A DNA stretch of 63,561 nucleotides from a virus. Its lineage: Duplodnaviria; Caudoviricetes. Below are positions 56,110 through 63,561 of this stretch, in pieces (within the stretch, counting starts at the first letter, position 1; every line of letters begins with the position of its first letter). The notes under the pieces are model-generated. The model did not search any database and was not told where the DNA came from. It saw only the letters and a program-made list of their open reading frames with translations. The position numbers and the translations under genes were made by a program. The stretch is from positions 1-63,561 of the IMG/VR virus record IMGVR_UViG_3300044801_000216; one strand, written 5' to 3'.

Positions 56110-59100
56110 ATGCGTAGAATCGTTCTGCTGTTCCCGTTATTGATCGCGTCCGCCTGGGCTCAGTGCGCGGGTGGCGCCGGAGTAATCACCAGCCCATCCA
56201 CGTGCGGAGGATGCTCCGGTGGCGGCGGCGGCGGCGGAAGCGTCTCGTGGGGCGCCATCGTGGGCACGCTGGGCAACCAGCTCGATCTGGCGGCAGCGTT
56301 GAACGCGAAGCAGAATACAATCGCGTCCTACGCAACCATCAGCGGTTTGCTGGGGTATCCGAGCGCGTTCAACCCGGTGAACACGGGCGACTGGGCGGGG
56401 ACCTGGCAGACGCACCAGCCGTCGTACTTCCAACCCGCGTTGAGCGCCTACTCGACCATCAGCGGGCTGAGCGGGTACCCGTCCACTTTCCCGCCGATCA
56501 ATACGGGCGACTGGGCGGGGACGTGGCAGGGCCAATCGCCGGGCGCGTGGGGGAGGTATTTCTCCGCGACGCGGACCAGCGGCGCGGTGCTCACGCTGGG
56601 GGCGGACTGCACAAGTGCCAATCCCTGCCCGGTGAGGGTCGGCAATACTACCTACCGGCTGACCTCGAGCGCTACGGTGACTCTCAGCGCGGGCGCCGGC
56701 AGCGGCACGGCCCAGGTCTACGTGGTGAGCGGCGGCGCGCTCACGGTTGGGCACAACCTGACGGGCGCGGATGTGACTTGCGGGGGCTGCACGGCGGTTT
56801 CCAGCGTCACCAATCCGCCCGTGCCATCGACGCTGCTGTGGACCTGGACGGCGACTTCGAGCACATGGGACACCTCCGGGGGGACCGACTTTCGCGCGGC
56901 CTACTCGACACAGAACGTACAGGCGGGAAGCGCGGGCGGAGTGGCGGTGAGTACTTCGGGGGATGCGACTACGGTGGAGCAGGACCCGGCTACGATCTAT
57001 GGATACGCCCCCGCGAGGACCGGGACTATCGGAAGCTTGCCGGGAACGTGCGGAGCCGGGGAGCAGTATTTCGCCACCGATGCGCCGCCCGGAGCCAATC
57101 TGTATTTCTGCACGGCGACCGATACCTGGACTTCAATGGGCGCGATTATCGACTCGTTCACGACAACTTCTCTTACCCTGTATCCGCTAGTGAACCCGAC
57201 AAACACGTCTTATGCCAATCCAGGTGGATCGGGAGACCGAAGATCCTCTATAGTCGTAGCGGTTTCGTCCCCAAACTCCCCCGTGGGAGGAGATCTAACG
57301 GAACTGGTCGATGGGATTACGAGCGGCGGGGGCGTGTACTTTCCAATCGCCACGGACATTTCCGGCCGATGGGTTAGCTTTGACTTCGGCGTACCACGTC
57401 TGATATCCGAGGTTACTTTGTACCTCTGGGGAAGTAACGATATGCAGAACTGGAAATGGCAAGCTTCCGCGGATAGTTTTGCTTGGACCGATATTAGCGC
57501 GATCTTCGATATTCCAGGAAACACCAGTCCACTTACTGTAAGTTGTCCCGGATCGACATCGTACCGTTATTGGCGAATGATCGAGACGAGCGGAGTGGTA
57601 AGCGGAGGAGCGGTTCGGGAGGTCACGTTCAAAATCTCCACCGACCCCCTCCTGGATACAACGTTGACGAACTACGGAAAGTCCCTGACCTATGGGATAG
57701 AATCGGCGCAGGCGTTCCAGGCCATCGGGGTATACAAAGGAACTTGCGACATCTCCGCCAGAGGCCAAATCTACGTGGACAAGGGAGCTTCGGGAGTCTC
57801 CGACCAGAGTTACGAGTGTATAAAGGACGCGAACGACGCTTATGTATGGTTGCCGCTTACGCCCTCGGTGCGGTCGGATTTCTTCTCCTGGAACGTGGTA
57901 CCGGGAACGGCTTGGGCATCGGCGGGAGCGCAAACCGCGACTTTGGCGCCAGTGCCCGCCGGAGTCAACGGCGCGGATTCTTCGCACAATCTGTACATCT
58001 CGGACGGGTCTAACTCGGAAGTGGTAACGATCACGGGTGGAACGGCCGTCAGTGGGGCGGCTTCCGGCACGATAACGTTCACTACGGCGAACGCACACAA
58101 TAACACCGCCTGGACTCTCGGTTCCGCCACGGCGGGAATAAAAGAGGCTTCCGAGTATCTGGTTTCCGGGGGGACGATACACGTTCCCGCCGGCAATTCC
58201 ACGATGCGCGCCGCGGCGGCGATTACCAAGTCCGCCATCAAAATCGTGGGAGACGGCGGGTGGTCCGCGTCATACGACGACACATCTCATGGGTCCGTGC
58301 TGGTCAACCACTCGAACACAGCCGATGTTATCCAGATCGGAGACGCCTCGAATCATACTTACGGCTTCCAACTGGAAAGTGTTGGGTTCACGACGGACAC
58401 CTACGCGGTCTCCGGAGCGGCGACCGATGGCGGGTTAATTAAGTTGACGATAGCTCCGCACGAGTTCTCTACCGGCGACAAGGTGTATGTGCGCAACGTC
58501 GGCGGGGTGACGGCGGCAAACGGATACTGGACGGCAACTGTCGTGGACGGCACGCACATCGACCTGCAAGGCTCGACGTTCTCCGGCGCTTACTCCTCCG
58601 GCGGAGCTGTCTATCGGTCTAAAACCGCCGGGTCCGCGATCCATCTCTATAGCTTCTCGAACGCCTCGGTACGCGATGTTACTATCCGCCATCATTACCA
58701 GCCGGTCTTGGTTGGGTACGGCGACAACTTCCATTTCGACAACTATGTCATCAAAGGCACGACGCCAAACGTTATATCCGCCGGGAGCGCGGGCATCGCT
58801 ATCAACACCGCCGGAAACGAAGTCTTCGTCGGAAAAGGCGTCATCGACGTGGACGACGGCGTTTGGACGGCCAACGGGGGTCCGTGCGATTTGTCTTACG
58901 GGTTCTGTCCCAACCAGGAGCCATACGCGGGCATTTTGATGTTACAAGGTTTTGGCATATATATCGACGGCGCCAGCGTGATTCACGGCGGCCATGGTCT
59001 GCTTGCGACCCCCACAGCGGGAACGGCGGTAACGTGGGTTTATATCGTAAACTCCCTGTTCGATACGTCGTCGGGTACGAACTTGATTCAACCGAACGGT

Positions 59101-59781
59101 AGCGGCGCTAACGTGTACGGCGTGGTTCTCGCAAACGATTGGTTCACTAACAACAACGACACGGGGTTGACAATCTCCCAGTCTTCCTCCGGTGTGGTGG
59201 ACGGGGTACAAATCTCCAACGCCCGTGTGTTCGACAATAGGCAGAACGGAATTTATTTAGCGGCGGGGCGCAACCTCCAAATCGGGTCCGAGTCCCAAAT
59301 CTGCGGTAACGGCCTGGGTTCTTCCAACACTTACGACGGCTTGGTAGTCGGCGCCGGCGCCTCTCACTGGTCGTTTGGGAACTCCACATCGGGAACTTGC
59401 TCTGGGTTTGGAACGAACCAGCGTTACGGCGTCAACATCGGAGCCAGCGGGCCGTACTTCAGAGTTGTGGGCAACGATTTATCGGGGAACGCCACGGGTG
59501 GATTTGCGAATACAAGTGGGGCCGCAAACGGGATCGTATCCAACAATTTGGGATACAACCCGGTGGGGGCCGGTTCAATCAGCGTGACCGGAAGCCCGTT
59601 CACCTACACGGCCGGCCCCAGTCCAGAGGTAGTCTACATCAACGGCGGCACGGTTTCCGGGGTGGTGCGGGGATCTTCGACGATCTGCGCGGCGAGTCCA
59701 TGCCAAGCGACACTGCCTCCGAACGGCGCGGTGGTTGTCACCTACAGCTCGGCTCCGACGATGGTCAAGGACGTACAGTAA
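56110..59781 (+). CDS. Multidomain tailspike/depolymerase-like protein with signal peptide, 1223 aa
   Basis: MRRIVLLFPLLIASAWA-Q; F5/8-like domain (WVSFDFG...YRYWRM); FCCH-like insert; parallel beta-helix. Confidence 0.78.
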   Translation: MRRIVLLFPLLIASAWAQCAGGAGVITSPSTCGGCSGGGGGGGSVSWGAIVGTLGNQLDLAAALNAKQNTIASYATISGLLGYPSAFNPVNTGDWAGTWQTHQPSYFQPALSAYSTISGLSGYPSTFPPINTGDWAGTWQGQSPGAWGRYFSATRTSGAVLTLGADCTSANPCPVRVGNTTYRLTSSATVTLSAGAGSGTAQVYVVSGGALTVGHNLTGADVTCGGCTAVSSVTNPPVPSTLLWTWTATSSTWDTSGGTDFRAAYSTQNVQAGSAGGVAVSTSGDATTVEQDPATIYGYAPARTGTIGSLPGTCGAGEQYFATDAPPGANLYFCTATDTWTSMGAIIDSFTTTSLTLYPLVNPTNTSYANPGGSGDRRSSIVVAVSSPNSPVGGDLTELVDGITSGGGVYFPIATDISGRWVSFDFGVPRLISEVTLYLWGSNDMQNWKWQASADSFAWTDISAIFDIPGNTSPLTVSCPGSTSYRYWRMIETSGVVSGGAVREVTFKISTDPLLDTTLTNYGKSLTYGIESAQAFQAIGVYKGTCDISARGQIYVDKGASGVSDQSYECIKDANDAYVWLPLTPSVRSDFFSWNVVPGTAWASAGAQTATLAPVPAGVNGADSSHNLYISDGSNSEVVTITGGTAVSGAASGTITFTTANAHNNTAWTLGSATAGIKEASEYLVSGGTIHVPAGNSTMRAAAAITKSAIKIVGDGGWSASYDDTSHGSVLVNHSNTADVIQIGDASNHTYGFQLESVGFTTDTYAVSGAATDGGLIKLTIAPHEFSTGDKVYVRNVGGVTAANGYWTATVVDGTHIDLQGSTFSGAYSSGGAVYRSKTAGSAIHLYSFSNASVRDVTIRHHYQPVLVGYGDNFHFDNYVIKGTTPNVISAGSAGIAINTAGNEVFVGKGVIDVDDGVWTANGGPCDLSYGFCPNQEPYAGILMLQGFGIYIDGASVIHGGHGLLATPTAGTAVTWVYIVNSLFDTSSGTNLIQPNGSGANVYGVVLANDWFTNNNDTGLTISQSSSGVVDGVQISNARVFDNRQNGIYLAAGRNLQIGSESQICGNGLGSSNTYDGLVVGAGASHWSFGNSTSGTCSGFGTNQRYGVNIGASGPYFRVVGNDLSGNATGGFANTSGAANGIVSNNLGYNPVGAGSISVTGSPFTYTAGPSPEVVYINGGTVSGVVRGSSTICAASPCQATLPPNGAVVVTYSSAPTMVKDVQ

Positions 59782-59794
59782 TAGGAGATAACTT

Positions 59795-60952
59795 ATGCGA
59801 AGAATCTTTGCACTGTGCGCACTGTGCGCGTTGTGGACGCTGGCTATTATAAGCGCGGCGGCGCAGATCACGCCTCCGCCAGGCGGCGGCGGCAGTCCGG
59901 TTGACCTCACCGCGATTCACCCCGCCAGCGCCCTAACCGGCAGTGGCGCGCTGCTGAAGGACTCCGCAGCGGGGACGGTGGGGCTTCAGACCGGCACGGG
60001 AGTTGCGCGGCTCGCTTCCGGCGTAGCAACCGCAGCCGAACTCTCGGGCGACGCAACCACCAGCGGGAGTAATGCCGTTACCGTCACGGCTCTCCACGAT
60101 TCGATCTGTCACGGTGCCGGTGGTGGAGCGGTCTTGCACAGCGATTCTCCATATGCGATTCCAGCGGGGTGCAGCTACATGGACTGCGACGCCACGGCGG
60201 GAGCCGTTGTGCTGACTCTTCCCGCTACGTCGGGGAGCGGAAGAGAGATCACAGCCAAAAAGATAGACTCCTCGACGAGCGCCTGCACCCCAACCGTTAC
60301 CGGCGGCGATGCGGTAGACGGTGTTTCGTCTTTCAGTTTGACCTCGCAATGGGCTTCCAGTAAGGTAGTTGACCGGGCAACGGGATACTGGGACAGGTCG
60401 CATGTGAATCAGTTGGCGGGAGACGTATCCGGGGCCAGCACAGCCAACACTGTGACTAAGATAAATGGAACGTCTCTCGCGGGGCTGGCAACCGGATTCC
60501 TGTTCAACACGATTACTACGGGAGTTCCCACGGTTCCCACCGCAACAGCCAATACGGTGCTCGCTGGTCCAACTTCCGGCGCTGCGGCGGTTCCGACTAC
60601 CCGCGCTTTGGTGGCTGCGGATATTCCGGCAGTTCCTATCGTTTCCGGCACCGGGGGCGCGCTTACCGGGCCGTCCGAGTTTTACGTTTGCACAACCACA
60701 TGTACGGTGACTCCTCCGGTCCCCGTGGCAGGTTATCAGTTCTGCATTCGCAACGCTCCCGGAGTTTCCACGGTTATCACTCTCGCTGGAGTCGCACTGG
60801 TGTACTACGAGAAAACCGACTTATCGGGGTATGGGACTGTTGCGACGGCGGCAACGTCGAGCGGGATAACCGGAGACAAGATTTGTATTGTGGGGCTGGA
60901 TGCAACCCATTACTTGACGTACTCATATATGGGCACGTGGACGGTGAACTAA
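59795..60952 (+). CDS. Fibre-like protein with signal peptide, 385 aa
   Basis: MRRIFALCALCALWTLAIISAAA-Q; LSGD/LAGDV repeats; NTVLAGPTSG...P..RALV.ADIP. Confidence 0.75.
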   Translation: MRRIFALCALCALWTLAIISAAAQITPPPGGGGSPVDLTAIHPASALTGSGALLKDSAAGTVGLQTGTGVARLASGVATAAELSGDATTSGSNAVTVTALHDSICHGAGGGAVLHSDSPYAIPAGCSYMDCDATAGAVVLTLPATSGSGREITAKKIDSSTSACTPTVTGGDAVDGVSSFSLTSQWASSKVVDRATGYWDRSHVNQLAGDVSGASTANTVTKINGTSLAGLATGFLFNTITTGVPTVPTATANTVLAGPTSGAAAVPTTRALVAADIPAVPIVSGTGGALTGPSEFYVCTTTCTVTPPVPVAGYQFCIRNAPGVSTVITLAGVALVYYEKTDLSGYGTVATAATSSGITGDKICIVGLDATHYLTYSYMGTWTVN

Positions 60953-62160
60953 TGAAACGGCTTTTCGGTTCGCTCGTTTTGTTTGCCGCTATCGGGATGG
61001 GGCAGATTCTCGATCCCATACTTTCCGGTGACGGAGGTCCGTTTACGCTGGTCGCAACCACGGTCGGGTCTTCGCAGACGGTGACAATAAACAGGCTGAC
61101 ACTCAATGGCAACGCTCTGCTCAATTGGGGCGATGGCGGCACCGCTACCATTACCAGCGGCAACACCGGAGCATGGACCCATGTGTATGCGGCGGCTGGG
61201 GCGCACGCGATCACGCTTCCGAACGCTCGGATGATCGTGGGATTGGACTTGCGCGACGCACAACTAGGCGGGCTGAATACCTCGCAGTTGAGAACAAGCT
61301 CGCTGAACTACTTCTATGCGACTGCCATAACCGGGAGCACGGTTAAGAGCGCGGACATGAGCGCGTGGAGGCCAACGTACTGGGGACTGTACTCCATGCC
61401 CGCCGGAACCTACTCGATCTCCAGCGCGGATATGTCGGCGTGGCGGCCTACGACTTGGTCCCTAGCCTACATGCCCACTGGAACCTACAGCATCTCCAGC
61501 GCGGATATGTCGGCGTGGCGGCCTACGACTTGGTACCTGTTCTCCATGCCCACGGGGACGTACTCGATTTCCAGCGCGGACATGAGCGCGTGGAGGCCAA
61601 CGAACTGGGACCTGTTCTCCATGCCCGCCGGAACCTACTCGATTTCCAGCGCGGACATGAGCGCGTGGAGGCCAACGAACTGGTACCTGTTCTCCATGCC
61701 CACGGGGACGTACTCGATTTCCAGCGCGGACATGAGCGCGTGGAGGCTAACGAACTGGGAACTGTTCTCCATGCCCACGGGGACGTACTCGATTTCCAGC
61801 GCGGACATGAGCGCGTGGACGACGGTGCAAAATCTGTATTGTTATTCTAACGTGGGTGGTGTACTAACCATCTCGGCGTATACGGATTTTACCGGACTCG
61901 TTGCGCTGCACAATCTGCAACTGCAAAACAACGCCTTAGCCCAAGCGTCGGTGGATGCCGTGCTTAAAGGACTCTGGACCGCCCGCGCCAGCTTCACGTA
62001 TGCGACCCCATCGCTGACGATCAATGGGACGAACGCAGCGCCTTCTGGAATCTATCAATCGAACTGCCCAACCCCCGCGACAGGTAAAGAATGGGCATAC
62101 GATCTGGTCCATGAAACGTGTGCGGGCGGTGGACACGTCTGGACTGTAGCGACTAACTAA
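60952..62160 (+). CDS. Exported LRR-like repeat protein, 402 aa
   Basis: TAATG-coupled start; MKRLFGSLVLFAAIGMG-Q; NWGDG (PKD-like) N-cap; 25-aa repeats; L.NN.L....VD.VL C-cap. Confidence 0.78.
   Translation: MKRLFGSLVLFAAIGMGQILDPILSGDGGPFTLVATTVGSSQTVTINRLTLNGNALLNWGDGGTATITSGNTGAWTHVYAAAGAHAITLPNARMIVGLDLRDAQLGGLNTSQLRTSSLNYFYATAITGSTVKSADMSAWRPTYWGLYSMPAGTYSISSADMSAWRPTTWSLAYMPTGTYSISSADMSAWRPTTWYLFSMPTGTYSISSADMSAWRPTNWDLFSMPAGTYSISSADMSAWRPTNWYLFSMPTGTYSISSADMSAWRLTNWELFSMPTGTYSISSADMSAWTTVQNLYCYSNVGGVLTISAYTDFTGLVALHNLQLQNNALAQASVDAVLKGLWTARASFTYATPSLTINGTNAAPSGIYQSNCPTPATGKEWAYDLVHETCAGGGHVWTVATN
61348..61818 (+). repeat. Six full plus one partial 75-bp tandem repeats
   Basis: Units start at 61348, 61423, 61498, 61573, 61648, 61723 and 61798. 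Confidence 0.95.
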
Positions 62161-62174
62161 AAGGAGAAACCTCA

Positions 62175-62561
62175 ATGAAGCGAACGATTGTGATTTTAGC
62201 TCTGGCTATTTTGCCTGGATTGCTCTCGGCGCAAACAACCGTAGCGACGGTGACGATTACCGTGCCAACTGCGGCGGTTCCGATTGTCAACGCCTGGATC
62301 GCAACGCAGTGTGCCGTCTATGCAACCGATGGCATAACCTGTGTGACCCCTCAGTACGCCTCGGCCAAGGACCTGGCTCAACAGATTGTCCAGGCGGCGA
62401 TCAATGCCAAACTGATGGGCATTTTGCAGTGGGCCGTCACAACTACTGATCCGAGCATCCCGGCGGCCGTGAAAACTCAGATAACAAACCGGCTCAATGC
62501 ACAGACGGCCATCGCGAACGCGCAAACGGCGGCGGCAACGGCTACCGTTACGGTGAATTGA
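62175..62561 (+). CDS. Exported protein, 128 aa
   Basis: MKRTIVILALAILPGLLSA-Q; SD AAAGGAG. Confidence 0.78.
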   Translation: MKRTIVILALAILPGLLSAQTTVATVTITVPTAAVPIVNAWIATQCAVYATDGITCVTPQYASAKDLAQQIVQAAINAKLMGILQWAVTTTDPSIPAAVKTQITNRLNAQTAIANAQTAAATATVTVN

Positions 62562-62563
62562 GA

Positions 62564-62902
62564 ATGAGACATACGCCCTGGCTTTTGGCCGCTCTGATAT
62601 TCGCGCTGGCGATGGCTCCTCTGCTGCACGCCGGAGAGAACCACCGCCATCTTTGGCTTGCGTCGGTTGCCACGCTCGTCGCAGCGGAGGGAATGGACGT
62701 AGCCAGTTCGCGCGGTGGAGTGGAAGCGAATCCGATCATGAAGCACGGCGGAGTGGCGATCAAAGTATCCGCAGTAGGAGCGGTAGTGTTGATCGAGTGG
62801 CTGGCGACAAGACACCACCCAAGCAAAGTGCCAGCTATTGTGAACTTCGCTGGAGCGGGCGCACTAACCGGCGTGGCTGTGAGAAACTGGAGGATCAAAT
62901 GA
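62564..62902 (+). CDS. Exported/membrane protein, 112 aa
   Basis: Signal-like N-terminus; D..SS.GG.EANP motif followed by TM-like helices. Confidence 0.7.
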   Translation: MRHTPWLLAALIFALAMAPLLHAGENHRHLWLASVATLVAAEGMDVASSRGGVEANPIMKHGGVAIKVSAVGAVVLIEWLATRHHPSKVPAIVNFAGAGALTGVAVRNWRIK

Positions 62903-63000
62903 AACGCATTCTGCTGTTCGTTGCGATCTGCGGGGCGGCGATGGGGCCTCGGAGCGATTCTCGGTTCGCCGCAAACTCAAGAAAGGACGTATACTACTGA
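62899..63000 (+). CDS. 33-aa signal-peptide-like ORF, possibly the frameshifted 5' end of the next gene
   Basis: SD GGAGG; ATGA overlap; MKRILLFVAICGAAMG. Confidence 0.45.
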   Translation: MKRILLFVAICGAAMGPRSDSRFAANSRKDVYY

Positions 63001-63001
63001 C

Positions 63002-63379
63002 ATGGGCGCATATGCGACAGGCTTTCCATTGTTTCCCGCCGGCTACGTGGCCGGCACGATCACGATCTCAGCCGGACAGGCGAACTCGCCGCAATCGCTT
63101 CTGGCGCTCATTCAAGCGCAACTGGACGCCAACTGCGCCGGGTCTTACCAGGAGGTCACCTTGCAGGCGGACGCCAGCGGCGCATTGTACGTGGGCCGCC
63201 CGAACATCGTCGGACCTCTGTCCACCACCAACTACGGCTACATCCTGGCCGCGGCCACCACTGGGGCAGCAGGGGCTTCACGCACCTACAGGTCCAGCTT
63301 TCCGGGCAACAACTCTCCGGTCGGCGATCTGATGGTGCTGATGAGCGGCGCCGGAACGTTCCATGTCGAGGTAGCATAA
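63002..63379 (+). CDS. Small beta-rich protein, 125 aa
   Basis: LQAD....LYVG......NYGY.L. Confidence 0.7.
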   Translation: MGAYATGFPLFPAGYVAGTITISAGQANSPQSLLALIQAQLDANCAGSYQEVTLQADASGALYVGRPNIVGPLSTTNYGYILAAATTGAAGASRTYRSSFPGNNSPVGDLMVLMSGAGTFHVEVA

Positions 63380-63398
63380 GAGGCAGGAGGCAAACCCG

Positions 63399-63561
63399 GT
63401 GGCTTCCAACACACCCGCCACGCCCGGCCAAGGCCTCTCGCTGGAACCGATTCAGGGCAACAGCCTGACCGAGTTCATTCGCTCGATCGAGGGACTGACG
63501 GGGAAGCAGGGACAGCAGATCTTAGGCTCCGGATTGGCGCAAGAGCAGTCGGGTGTGAACT
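63399..63561 (+). CDS. 5' part of the gene continuing to 579 across the circular junction
   Basis: SD GGAGG at 63386, GTG at 63399, in frame with position 1. Confidence 0.75.
   Translation, partial: MASNTPATPGQGLSLEPIQGNSLTEFIRSIEGLTGKQGQQILGSGLAQEQSGVN
63435..63561. repeat. Terminal direct repeat, copy 2
   Basis: Identical to 1-127. Confidence 0.95.

Noticed and set aside
61348-61818. CRISPR array or self-contained DGR
   Set aside because: The units are in-frame coding repeats without unique spacers; I saw no cas operon, RT gene or separate template repeat
63435-63561. 127-bp terminal repeat as a biological DTR
   Set aside because: Its length matches a common assembly k-mer and it lies mid-gene, so it only indicates circularity
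1-63561. Stop-codon reassignment, rRNA or IS elements
   Set aside because: Genes tile densely under the standard code using all three stops; no rRNA or transposase motifs were seen

Overview
The window looks like a complete, circularly assembled, GC-rich tailed-phage genome. Bases 63435-63561 repeat bases 1-127 exactly, giving a unit length of about 63,434 bp, and one gene reads across the junction. The minus arm (about 4.0-29.0 kb) holds the early and replication genes: a family-A DNA polymerase split into UDG-like+3'-5' exonuclease and polymerase genes, an ERCC4 nuclease, two glycosyltransferases, a Sak4-like ATPase with a PD-(D/E)xK nuclease, a DinG-like helicase, a P-loop ATPase, ParB, an HTH regulator, a tyrosine recombinase and methyltransferases. 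The plus arm (about 29.1 kb through the junction to 4.0 kb) holds terminase, a lysis-like block, portal, scaffold, capsid, podovirus-type adaptor/nozzle and ejection-protein-like genes; I saw no tape measure gene. The most striking feature is that eight consecutive genes in the tail-fibre/tailspike position (53.3-63.0 kb) all begin with Sec-type signal peptides. One of them is an LRR-like repeat protein with shuffled units that vary at fixed positions. Other highlights are a 13-bp palindrome TGTAGA(G/C)TCTACA dispersed around the genome, a 25-bp perfect inverted repeat, non-canonical polymerase motifs, a probable catalytically dead ATPase paralogue and structured intergenic elements. An Acidobacteriota-like host is my impression from protein style only. 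All calls come from motif recognition by eye; no searches were run.
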